From Candidatus Amesbacteria bacterium GW2011_GWB1_47_19 (GTDB lineage: Bacteria; Patescibacteriota; Microgenomatia; CAZETR01; Amesbacteraceae): a stretch of DNA of 64,000 nucleotides. Below, in pieces: positions 9,691 through 18,865 of this stretch; positions within the stretch are counted from its first letter, which is position 1, and each line of letters begins with the position of its first letter. The notes under the pieces were generated by a model. It had not been told where the DNA came from. It saw only the letters and a list, made by a program, of their open reading frames with translations, and ran no database searches. The position numbers were made by a program, and so were the translations under genes. The stretch covers positions 130 to 64,129 of the forward strand of contig LCNZ01000006.1 of NCBI GenBank assembly GCA_001002325.1, in the 5' to 3' direction.

Positions 9691-10602
9691 TTATTCAGCC
9701 TGGAAAGAACCGAATCCCAGATTGCCGGTATAGTAATCCAACACCCCCCGCCGTTGCCAAGGCCGTCCGGACAGGTAGAGCCGGATGGATTCCCTAACCA
9801 GGGCAATTCTGGTTCTTAAAGGAGCATAGCGCAACCCGAACAGGAGACGATTACGGGCAATGTAGTAGTCCTGCAGGGAAGAGCCGACGCCTGCAGAGTG
9901 GGCATTGATATGCCAGGCTACGGCCTGGCTGACGTACATCAATTTCCAGTGATGCCTTTTGGCCTTCTGGCAGAAATCATTTTCCTCGTAATATAAAAAA
10001 TATTTCGGGTCGAAGAAGCCTATGTCATTTATTACCCGATTTCTAATAAACATACAGGCACCGGTAATGAAATCGGTCTCTATGTCGTGGTCATATTGGC
10101 CTTTGTCAACCTGATCGACTCCCCGGTGGGCGGCGATGAGATTCGGCCAATCCATATTCCCACCGGCATACCACAATACATTACCCCGGTCGCTATCAAG
10201 ATACCTTTCCTGATGGAACTCGTGGCCAGGGGAAAAATAGATTTTTGGGCCGAATATCCCCGCACTTCTGTCTTTTTCAGCTGCAGCCAGCAAGTGCAAT
10301 AAACAGTTTGTATCCACCGTAACATCCGGGTTGATAATCCAGATAAAAGAGGCCTTGTTTTCCAATGCATCACGGATACCAATGTTGTTGCCTTCAGCGT
10401 AACCCAGATTGCGGGTATTGGTAATTAGTTTGATGCGGGGAAATTTTTGTCTGACAACATCGGCAGATTGGTCAGAGGAATTGTTGTCTATGACGGTAAT
10501 TTGCAGATCGTGCGAAGCCGTTTTTACACGAAGCAGGGATTCGAGGCAGGCCGGGATATAATCACGGGAATTGTAAGCCAGTACTACGGCGGCTATGTTC
10601 AT
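9691..10602 (-). CDS. GT2 family glycosyltransferase
   Basis: Start re-called to ATG10602 (MNIAAVVLAYN; ATGA overlap with upstream stop). NLGYAEGNNIG, INPD and FLYYEENDFC motifs. Confidence 0.9.
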   Translation of the reverse strand: MNIAAVVLAYNSRDYIPACLESLLRVKTASHDLQITVIDNNSSDQSADVVRQKFPRIKLITNTRNLGYAEGNNIGIRDALENKASFIWIINPDVTVDTNCLLHLLAAAEKDRSAGIFGPKIYFSPGHEFHQERYLDSDRGNVLWYAGGNMDWPNLIAAHRGVDQVDKGQYDHDIETDFITGACMFIRNRVINDIGFFDPKYFLYYEENDFCQKAKRHHWKLMYVSQAVAWHINAHSAGVGSSLQDYYIARNRLLFGLRYAPLRTRIALVRESIRLYLSGRPWQRRGVLDYYTGNLGFGSFQAE

Positions 10603-11501
10603 ACCTTCAGACGACGAATGAATTTCCACCAGGGTTTGAGAACAAAGGGAGCGGAGTCAATTTTTGACTGGTAATACCACCATGACAGCTCGTTATTCGT
10701 TTTTCGTAATTCGTTATTTAAATCCCCGGGAGTAAATTTATTTTGGGGGAATTTAAGTGTCTCCCAGAATTTTAAATACAAGACCAGTTCTGAATAAGCC
10801 TGCAGTAAAGACAAAGCCAAACCGTGTAGTCCTTCCGAGTACCCACGTCTGGCAAAGTACTGCGAGAGAAATTCTTTAACCGGATAAACGATCAGATCTG
10901 CAGGCGAAAAACGATGGTTATTGTCATGTAAATGCCGCAATTGGTGATCGGTATAGCGATTGATCCGATCCAGGTACTGGCTGACCGAATCGTAATGGTG
11001 ATGAATGATGGCTAAAGACTCATGTGACGGGAGATCCTCACCCCGACCTCTGGTAAACGGGACACTATGAATGGTATCTTCCCAGGTGATATGGCCTTTT
11101 TTGAATAATCGATAGACATAATCCGGCCACCAATGCTGGCTTTTAATCCATTTATTAAAAATAATATTTTTCCGGGGCAGGCGATAATAATCTACGTCAG
11201 ACCGGGAAATAAGCGATTTTATTTTTTGTCCTAGTCCGGAAGGAATCTCTTCATCAGCATCCAGGAGCAAAACCCAGTCATTTTTAGCTTTGGAGATAGA
11301 ATAATTGCGCATCGGCTCCACGAAGCCGGAATGAGCGTGGGAATATACCGTACAACCTAATTTTGTGGCGACTTGTTTAGTGCCGTCGGTCGATGACTGG
11401 TCCACAACTACTACTATTTCATCCGCCAGTTTGCGGACTGATTCAACAACCCGTGGGAGATTTTGGGCCTCATTCCAGGCAGTGATAACAACCGAAAGCA
11501 T
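10599..11501 (-). CDS. GT2 glycosyltransferase (WaaE/KdtX-like)
   Basis: SVVITAWNE, WVLLLDADEE and WWPDYVYRLF motifs. Confidence 0.88.
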   Translation of the reverse strand: MLSVVITAWNEAQNLPRVVESVRKLADEIVVVVDQSSTDGTKQVATKLGCTVYSHAHSGFVEPMRNYSISKAKNDWVLLLDADEEIPSGLGQKIKSLISRSDVDYYRLPRKNIIFNKWIKSQHWWPDYVYRLFKKGHITWEDTIHSVPFTRGRGEDLPSHESLAIIHHHYDSVSQYLDRINRYTDHQLRHLHDNNHRFSPADLIVYPVKEFLSQYFARRGYSEGLHGLALSLLQAYSELVLYLKFWETLKFPQNKFTPGDLNNELRKTNNELSWWYYQSKIDSAPFVLKPWWKFIRRLKV

Positions 11502-11582
11502 AGCTTCTGACTTTGTATTATCGGTGTTTCTAATAAATAATTCAAATCGGCCCTAAGCCAAATCCGTTTTATAATACAGTTT

Positions 11583-13058
11583 ATGCGAATCATTAAAATT
11601 CTTATAACCGGAGTGGTTTGCGGTTTAATTTTATTTCACACCTGGCCGCTTAAAATAATCAGTGTCGACAGCATTCCCAAGGTGGGCGAAACGTTTGATG
11701 AATATGCCGTCCTGTGGTCAGGAATGAGCCTGGCAAACGGGGGGCTGCCTGTAGGGTGGACGACGAATTTGGGCGCGTACAGTCCGAATTTTCCGGGGAG
11801 CAGTCTGAAGGGTACGAATCTGGAAGTGCAGGGAAAAACACCGAATTGGACCCGGATTAAAAATGTTCCTATGCCGGGAATTGCGGTAGTGGAATATGAT
11901 TACGGTTTGGGGAAAAAACAGATTGCCCTTGTCCAGCCGTATTTTGACCATCCGCCGCTGGCGGGGCTGATTTACACATGGGGAGCGAAAAATGACAACA
12001 AATCCCTGATTGATATTACACCGGATCAATTGCGGGCGATCCCCCGTTACGTCAGTCTGGTAACTGCGGGTTTGACTGGTATTCTGGGATATCTGTTATA
12101 CGGAGCGACAGGCGGAATTGCTGCGGTCGCCCTTTATTCAACCATGCCGTCGACTGTATTTTCCGGTAGGATGGTGCTGACTGAGAACGTGATCAGCCCC
12201 CTGATGTTGCTGGCTATGATTATCCTGAAGCTGGCAAAAAGCCGCGGGAATGTCAAATTATTTGCCGGTGCGGGATTAGTATCCGGGGCGGCGATGCTGT
12301 CTAAATTCCCGGGAATAGGGGTGTTGGTAGCCGGTGTAGTCTGGGGAGTTAAAGAAAAAATCAGCTGGAAATACCTAATAATATTTCTAGCCAGCGGGCT
12401 GTTCATCGGAGGGTTATATGTCATATACGGTTTATGGATTGCCCCTCAACTATTTATACGGGTGATGCTGGCTCAAGCGGGCAGGGGACTGTGGGGGACT
12501 GTCAACCTCTGGGAAGCGGTTGGCAGGCTGTGGTTTTTGGATTTTCCCATCGACGGCTGGTGGATCGGAGGATGGCTGGTACTGATCTATCTGGGGACAA
12601 AAGCTGCCCATTTTTTGCCGGTGATTTTTGCTGCCACCTATATCCTGTCCGTCACCTTATTTGGCGGGGGAAATTCAGCCTGGTATTTCTTCCCTTTGGG
12701 GGCAGTGTTTTGCCTGTTGTGGGCGGGATTGATTAATGAAATCCGACTGAAACCGAACTGGATCAACTTGGGATTGCTTTTCTTTTTCGGATTTTCCAGC
12801 AGCTGGTATTGGGGTTACGCCCAGTATCACACGGCCGGCAATCCGACGAATATCATCCGGATAGGAGCATTAGTTCTGGTGATGCTAAAAATAATCGGGG
12901 AGAGATGGGGTAATAAATTTAATTGGAGCACCCTAATCTGGCCGATATTATTAGTGATTATTCTGCACCGGATGTATGTATGGAATTTCAGGGGTATCCA
13001 GTACCTGCTAACTAATTGGAGCCGACTCCCCTACCCCAGTGCATTTAGCAAACAATAG
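11583..13058 (+). CDS. ArnT/PMT_2-like GT-C membrane glycosyltransferase
   Basis: FDE motif, FDHPPLAG, AMLSKFPG and many TM segments. Confidence 0.7.
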   Translation: MRIIKILITGVVCGLILFHTWPLKIISVDSIPKVGETFDEYAVLWSGMSLANGGLPVGWTTNLGAYSPNFPGSSLKGTNLEVQGKTPNWTRIKNVPMPGIAVVEYDYGLGKKQIALVQPYFDHPPLAGLIYTWGAKNDNKSLIDITPDQLRAIPRYVSLVTAGLTGILGYLLYGATGGIAAVALYSTMPSTVFSGRMVLTENVISPLMLLAMIILKLAKSRGNVKLFAGAGLVSGAAMLSKFPGIGVLVAGVVWGVKEKISWKYLIIFLASGLFIGGLYVIYGLWIAPQLFIRVMLAQAGRGLWGTVNLWEAVGRLWFLDFPIDGWWIGGWLVLIYLGTKAAHFLPVIFAATYILSVTLFGGGNSAWYFFPLGAVFCLLWAGLINEIRLKPNWINLGLLFFFGFSSSWYWGYAQYHTAGNPTNIIRIGALVLVMLKIIGERWGNKFNWSTLIWPILLVIILHRMYVWNFRGIQYLLTNWSRLPYPSAFSKQ

Positions 13059-13076
13059 GGATTTACCGGAAAGGTG

Positions 13077-14741
13077 CTAGTTCCCGGCCCAGACGGCGAC
13101 TTGGGTGTTTTCAAAGACCGTCTTCATCCCCATTTCCCCTGCTCCCAGCCGCGGGTGCATACGGGCCACATCGGGAAGATACAGGTAGCGGATATTCCGG
13201 CCCTGGAGGAAGCCGCGGGCGGCGGAAGCATCGGTAGTGGTGAAAAAATCCTCGAGTTCCTGTCTGGCGGAACGCCAGTCGTAGCCGGTAATGTCCAGGT
13301 TGATTTCGTCCTCCAGAAAAACCGGGTGTCCCCCAAAAGCCGAAACGTAGGCTGTGGATTCATACAAGTAGAGAGGTTTGGGAGGGGGGAAATCAGACCG
13401 GGTGAAAACCGGAGTAAGGACCACTCCCGGAGGCTGACGGGAGAGAAAATCCAAGGCCAGGATTTCGGATTGGGGAATCATGGCCGGTGGTCGTGAAGGC
13501 AGGTAATGATGGAGAGTGTCATAGGTGGTGGGCAATGTCAGCCCAATTACCAATATCCAAATTCCAATTCTTAAAAAATTGCTAAATTTCACGATTTTCA
13601 AAATATTTGAGACGGCTACACCGGCGAGAATTCCTGCGAATACCTGGGAGTAATAGAAGAACTGGATGGTGTTCCAGGGGGTTCCGGTCTGAATAAAAAG
13701 TAGAGGGAACAAAATTCCCAATATTATCCCCTGCCCCAGAAAAACGTAGGGCAGAGACAGACCATGATTATCACGGATCAAACAGAAAATCGAAACGATT
13801 CTGGTACCTAAGTTGCCTACGATAAATATGCAAAATGCCGCTATAACTGCAATCGAATATTTCATCCAGTCGCCGGTGGCAAAGTTGTTTACCATGACCT
13901 GATGAAGATATGGCCAGTTCAGCCTGTCCGAAAATCCGGTAAGCGTTTCTAAAAACCAAAAGGGCTTCCAGACGAGCAAATTTGCAGAGGCCTGGTTGAA
14001 GGGGAAAAATAGCAGAGAAAAGATAGCACCGGAAGCCAGCAGTACCCGGAGCGTAAATGTCTCTCGATATCGAATCCAGTCAAACATACCCCATATCAAC
14101 AAACCAGAAAAACTGATCACACCGGCATAAATCTTTACCCAGCCGGTTACAGCGAAAACCAGGACCGCCGGCCAGAATCTCTTTCTTTGAAAGCTCAGCA
14201 AACCTATCAAAATCAGAAGAACGGATAAAGCAAACGGCGGATTGATAAGAGTGGAAATGGCTTGCTGGGACCAAAACATAGACTCACCTCCGAGACGACC
14301 AGAACGAAGCCAGGAAACCAGCCAACCCCAGCTGCCACCAAAATATATAAAAAAAGCGGACCACCAGGCGGCTGTTTTGTCTCTGCACCAGCGAAGAACC
14401 AGACTATAAACGGCTAAACCTGTCAAAATTGAAATTACGGGAGGTAATACCTGAAAATAGATCCTGGAGACAGGCAGGCTGGTCAGACGAAAAATGACTG
14501 CAAGAAGAAAGTCGAATCCCAGATGATAGTTGCGGATATTTTCACCCGCAAAGATCGGCATTTGCAGAGTTCCCCGGGAGAGACCTGAGGCCAGGGAAAT
14601 ATGCCACACCCCATCGTGGCCGTTTGGTCCCCAGAATCCAATACCGTAGTCATAAACCAGACCGCTTTTGACCATGGTGGCGGACCATACCAGGGAACCA
14701 CAGAGAATTAAACCCCATTTAGCTTTTTTTGACCAGGGCAT
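13077..14741 (-). CDS. multi-pass membrane protein, probable GT-C
   Basis: HDGVWHISL..NYHLGFD N-terminal loop, many TM helices, C-terminal extracytoplasmic domain. Confidence 0.6.
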   Translation of the reverse strand: MPWSKKAKWGLILCGSLVWSATMVKSGLVYDYGIGFWGPNGHDGVWHISLASGLSRGTLQMPIFAGENIRNYHLGFDFLLAVIFRLTSLPVSRIYFQVLPPVISILTGLAVYSLVLRWCRDKTAAWWSAFFIYFGGSWGWLVSWLRSGRLGGESMFWSQQAISTLINPPFALSVLLILIGLLSFQRKRFWPAVLVFAVTGWVKIYAGVISFSGLLIWGMFDWIRYRETFTLRVLLASGAIFSLLFFPFNQASANLLVWKPFWFLETLTGFSDRLNWPYLHQVMVNNFATGDWMKYSIAVIAAFCIFIVGNLGTRIVSIFCLIRDNHGLSLPYVFLGQGIILGILFPLLFIQTGTPWNTIQFFYYSQVFAGILAGVAVSNILKIVKFSNFLRIGIWILVIGLTLPTTYDTLHHYLPSRPPAMIPQSEILALDFLSRQPPGVVLTPVFTRSDFPPPKPLYLYESTAYVSAFGGHPVFLEDEINLDITGYDWRSARQELEDFFTTTDASAARGFLQGRNIRYLYLPDVARMHPRLGAGEMGMKTVFENTQVAVWAGN

Positions 14742-16197
14742 GGAAAAATTTTTGACCGTCAGCTATCAAAGACGATCCGACCAATAAATAAACCGCCAGA
14801 ATGTATACAAGTCCGGAAATTAAACAATTTAAAATTAAATTAGTCAAAGTAGCGGAAAGAATAACAGATAAAGAAACTGATGCGGTCAACATGGAAAGGG
14901 TGGCAATAGCGGTCTTGCCGAAACTATTTAATATATTAAAGTGAGTGAGTCTAAGGGCGATTATTATCGGGACTATAGATGATAATGCAATAATACCTGA
15001 GGCGTATGCTACACCAATATATCCATATTTTACGGCAAAGGGCGGGATAAGAAGCCAAGTCAATACAGTCCACATCATCATCAGGAACGAATTGTACTTA
15101 ACCTTGCCGACGGCATTAAAATAATTGGTTATCGGGGTTGAAACCGCCGCCCAGGCGCTCCCGAAACAAAATATTATCAATGGGATCAGTGCCGCTTCCC
15201 ATTTACCGTACTGGGGAATTATCCGGATTAATTGAGGAGCAATGGCTGCCATACCACCAACTACAGGGAAAGTAATTAAAGTGATGAAAAAGAGAGTTTT
15301 TTCCAGAGCCGAACGCAGTTGTTGGGGCTGATCCTGAAGTCGGGCGTAGGCCGGAAACGTGACTTTGGTGACATTGTCCATTACAAACCGCAGGGGTTTT
15401 TGGGACCAGGTCTGAGCCCATCCGATGATTCCGATCCCATCCGCCCCAATTATCTTCCAGAGAAAAATGTTTAATAAACGGTCTTTGATAACAGCCATGA
15501 AAGTGTTGATCTGAAATGGTAAACCGAAAGACAAGAGGGTTTTGAGTGAAGTGACAGAGACGGACAATCCTAATTTCCAGGGGGCCAGCCAGTAGATTAG
15601 GATCGTTCCGACCAATCCCCGTAAAATAACAGCCCAGGCATATGCGGTAACTCCCCTGCCCTGCCAGGCTAACAGCACCGCAACAAAGTAGAAAACCAGA
15701 GTTTCCGCGACTTCGACCGCAGCCAATGTTTTGAATTGGAGATGACGCTCCAATATGACCGAGGGAATGGTTTTCAGGGAAGCCAGGAAGAACGCAGCTA
15801 ACAGCGAATATAAAAGCCACATGCCGGAGCCGGAGATGTGGTAATAAGCTGAAATCCGGGGGGTGAGTGAAAGAGTAATTATAAGAAGTAAAATTACCAA
15901 TACCTGCTGCAGGGTGAAGGTGGTGCGCAGGTCGGTGAGGGTGACTTTGGCTTTTTTCTGAATCAGAGAGGCAGCCAAACCGATGTCCGAAAAATAACCC
16001 AGTATTGACACCAAATCATTGACGGCAATAAAGAGACCGATTTCGGGACGACCTAAAAAGACGGACAACAGAAAAAAACCGATGGTGGAGACAATCTGCA
16101 GGATAAAAGAGCGGCTGATAAGGGTAACAACGCCGGATAAAGATCTGGCTTTGACAGTATCCAGATCGATGTCCACCAGGGTTATCTCATCATCCAT
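14719..16197 (-). CDS. Wzx/MOP-family oligosaccharide flippase
   Basis: FSDIGLAASLIQK and KVTFPAYARLQ motifs, about 12-14 TM segments. Confidence 0.88.
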   Translation of the reverse strand: MDDEITLVDIDLDTVKARSLSGVVTLISRSFILQIVSTIGFFLLSVFLGRPEIGLFIAVNDLVSILGYFSDIGLAASLIQKKAKVTLTDLRTTFTLQQVLVILLLIITLSLTPRISAYYHISGSGMWLLYSLLAAFFLASLKTIPSVILERHLQFKTLAAVEVAETLVFYFVAVLLAWQGRGVTAYAWAVILRGLVGTILIYWLAPWKLGLSVSVTSLKTLLSFGLPFQINTFMAVIKDRLLNIFLWKIIGADGIGIIGWAQTWSQKPLRFVMDNVTKVTFPAYARLQDQPQQLRSALEKTLFFITLITFPVVGGMAAIAPQLIRIIPQYGKWEAALIPLIIFCFGSAWAAVSTPITNYFNAVGKVKYNSFLMMMWTVLTWLLIPPFAVKYGYIGVAYASGIIALSSIVPIIIALRLTHFNILNSFGKTAIATLSMLTASVSLSVILSATLTNLILNCLISGLVYILAVYLLVGSSLIADGQKFFHALVKKS

Positions 16198-16237
16198 AGC
16201 TTCATTTTAACTCATAATTATGATATTGTTCTTTCCC

Positions 16238-16468
16238 ATGGAGAATGTACCATGTATCAGCAAACCTGAAATGGACTGTCGCCGGTGTCATAACAAAGGA
16301 GCTTCCGGAAACCTAATAAATTTTTTGGCAGTTAGATATGGGATTAGTGAAGATGAAGTGGTAGAGGGAATTCGAGCAGGGGGAGGATTATTAACTGAAT
16401 TTAAAAATCGAATAACAGAAGTGTTTCCTGATGGGGGCGCTTGCACACGCAAAGATTGTATAGATTAG
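16238..16468 (+). CDS. small Cys-containing hypothetical protein
   Basis: Only ORF filling the gap. Contains CRRC and C-x4-C. Stop codon abuts the left REP-like palindrome. Start could be 16220 or 16238. Confidence 0.45.
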   Translation: MENVPCISKPEMDCRRCHNKGASGNLINFLAVRYGISEDEVVEGIRAGGGLLTEFKNRITEVFPDGGACTRKDCID

Positions 16469-16511
16469 CCTCAAAAGAGGTCCTCTTGTGAGGTTGACGC
16501 CTCCTATAGTA
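16467..16511. repeat. REP-like palindrome, copy 1 (downstream of RAYT)
   Basis: AGCCTCAAAAGAGG-T-CCTCTTGTGAGGTT followed by GACGCCTCCTATAGTA. Direct repeat of 17211-17255. Confidence 0.85.
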
Positions 16512-16523
16512 TTATGGCTGATA

Positions 16524-17210
16524 TTAATCGAGTGTGAGGCGGGAAATTGTTTCTGATTCGACAGGTGACAAAATAAAATCTGCGTAGGAATTGGCGTATC
16601 TGTTTTTTGAAAAAAACTTCAGGAGAAACTCTTTACATATCCACTTTGACTGAAGACCGTTAATGTAATCGGCCAAAGAACTAGGATACGGCACCTCTCG
16701 CCATCTGGTTACGGGATAACTCATCCACTTAACAGGGTTCAGGTGAATATATTTTGACAGATACAATAGCTGCTCTTCGCTGGAAACCAGTACGGCTTTA
16801 TACACATCCTGGAATAATACACCGGTTCTTTGGTATTTCTTATTAAAGTACATAGCATACCTGGTACCAAGGGAATTGGTGAAACTATTAATAACACTTT
16901 CTTTCTGTTTAACCAGAAGATGGAAGTGGTTCGGTAGAAGGGCGTAGCTTAGTAATTCAATCTGACCGAAATAATTTTTAAGCCTGACTAATTTCTTGGC
17001 CTGGTCTTTTTGCTTCCCTGATGATCCTGGTGAAGTGACAATGTTTTGAAGCAAGGTATTGTCCTTGGGTGAAAGATAGTTTTCCAAGTAGGAAAGGAAG
17101 ACAGAATAATCCTGCTCGTCCAGAAATATACTGCGTTTTTCAACCCCACGATTGTAAATGTGGTAAAAGGAATCCTGGAGATATAATTTTACAGAGTTTT
17201 TTGAGGCCAT
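16524..17210 (-). mobile_element. REP-associated tyrosine transposase (RAYT / Y1_Tnp, IS200-like HUH)
   Basis: FYHIYNRGVEKRSIF, LLPNHFHLLV (HUH), GVLFQDVYKA and YIHLNPVK (catalytic Tyr) motifs. Flanked by palindromic repeats. Confidence 0.9.
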
Positions 17211-18865
17211 AGCTTCGCAAGAGGTCCTCTTGTGAGGCTGGGGGCGCCTATAGTATAGATGAGCAATAACCAGGACAGGAGGGAAAGGGAGTTGCCGATG
17301 GTGCGAACGGGAGTGTTGGTGAAACGGGCAGTTAAAATGTGAACGCCGGTGTTCATATCCACCTGCATCCGGCCTAATAATTTGTCCCGGGCGGGATCAA
17401 TTGGTACGGGACTGCCGTCTACCCAGATTTTCCAACCCGGAAAGTAAAAGGTTTGCAGTTCGACTACTGCCCCCGGGGAAGTGATGTCTATTTGATATTG
17501 CTGAAAATTAGTTTTTTTACTGATGCGTCGAAACGAACCCTCACCCCCGGTAATATTCAGGTCGTCACCGGCGGCATCCGGAGGCGGCAAGGGAGCCCAA
17601 ATCGGCAGGTAATCAAATATTCCGGACGTGACTAACAACCGCCACGAATTGCCGGAAAACTTAGTGGCATCGGTGGCATCAGGATACCAGAGACGGGGAC
17701 GGAAAAAGCCGGCATTAAGCAGGAGCAAGAGTAAGAATAAGAGGATGAGAATTTTTTTTGAAAATATCAAAATGACCGCCCCGGAAATAAAGGAGGTGAA
17801 AAAAACCGCCAGTGTCAGGAAACGCCAGGGGAACTGCAGATACTCCAGGGGTTTTATCAGCTGCCAAACAGGAATAGACCGGGTATGGGACATGAATAAG
17901 CTGAATAGCATAGTCAAGGTCAGTAATATCAACAAAGAAGCATGGCTTCGGATTTTTTTTGAAAACAGCAGGGAAATAATTATCACTGCCGGTATTATCC
18001 AGTGAAGATACCCCAGGGAAAAACTCATGGTGTCCCCCGGCCCGTTGATGGATTCGCCGTAACCCCAGTAATTACGGATGAATATCTGGTAGAGATTCAA
18101 AAAATGGGCCAGGTAATTGAAATAGCCGATGATCAGAGTCTGTACGTGGGCGTATTTTTGTTCGAATACTACCGGGAGAGTGAAAAAGGCTGATAAACCA
18201 GCTGCCCAGATGGCACTGACAGCCAGCGGAAATAAAGATCTGACTGACCTGAACTTCCACCACCAGTAAATAATCCAAATAAGCAAAAAGGGGGCAAAAA
18301 TCATCAGCATAGGATTATGGGATAGCATGAGACAGGCAACAGACAGCGAAAGAAGTGGAATCCACTTTTTTTGAGCGGTGGCTATAAGTTTATAGGAAGT
18401 GAAGAAAATCGCCGGGTAAAAAGCCATCGCCCAAAATTCGTTCATCGCTCCCCGGACATAGAAATCCAAAGAGTGGTACGGAGCGTAGGTATAAAAGGCC
18501 GCGCTGACCAGACCCCCCGAACGACCCCAAAACTTCTTCCCTAAAAGATACATAAACCAGGCTGTCAGAATAAAACCCAGGATACCTACAGCTTTGACAG
18601 TATCCAGATAGGACAATCCTGACCAGTGGAAGATTTGACCGATGTAATATGGTAAGGGAGGGTAATAGTTGAACAACGGATAGCCAAACCCATAACCTAA
18701 ATCCGAAACCCAGCGGCAGGGAATTTGTAAATCATTCAAACACTTTTGCATCTGAAGCTGGCGCATACCTTGCAGGTCATCGTGCATGGTGAAATATCCG
18801 GGCTGGATCAAGCCGGCGAAAGCCGGCAGAATCAGCAGTAACAGGATCAGCAGATCTTTTTTCAT
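17189..18865 (-). CDS. PTPS-related / YfhO-like GT-C membrane protein
   Basis: HDD, GYGFGYPLFNYYPPLPY, YTYAPYH..YVRGA, LQFPWRFL and FYFPGW motifs. Confidence 0.82.
   Translation of the reverse strand: MKKDLLILLLLILPAFAGLIQPGYFTMHDDLQGMRQLQMQKCLNDLQIPCRWVSDLGYGFGYPLFNYYPPLPYYIGQIFHWSGLSYLDTVKAVGILGFILTAWFMYLLGKKFWGRSGGLVSAAFYTYAPYHSLDFYVRGAMNEFWAMAFYPAIFFTSYKLIATAQKKWIPLLSLSVACLMLSHNPMLMIFAPFLLIWIIYWWWKFRSVRSLFPLAVSAIWAAGLSAFFTLPVVFEQKYAHVQTLIIGYFNYLAHFLNLYQIFIRNYWGYGESINGPGDTMSFSLGYLHWIIPAVIIISLLFSKKIRSHASLLILLTLTMLFSLFMSHTRSIPVWQLIKPLEYLQFPWRFLTLAVFFTSFISGAVILIFSKKILILLFLLLLLLNAGFFRPRLWYPDATDATKFSGNSWRLLVTSGIFDYLPIWAPLPPPDAAGDDLNITGGEGSFRRISKKTNFQQYQIDITSPGAVVELQTFYFPGWKIWVDGSPVPIDPARDKLLGRMQVDMNTGVHILTARFTNTPVRTIGNSLSLLSWLLLIYTIGAPSLTRGPLAKLWPQKTL
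17211..17255. repeat. REP-like palindrome, copy 2 (immediately upstream of RAYT ATG)
   Basis: AGCTTCGCAAGAGG-T-CCTCTTGTGAGGCT followed by GGGGGCGCCTATAGTA. Lies inside the 3' end of the 17189..18865 gene. Confidence 0.85.

Noticed and set aside
9690-9806. N-terminal extension of GT2 ORF 8919..9806
   Set aside because: It overlaps the upstream gene. ATG9689 matches the family N-terminus.
16524-17210. IS200/IS605 element with tnpB
   Set aside because: No tnpB is adjacent. Protein length and motifs plus the flanking palindromes fit a RAYT.
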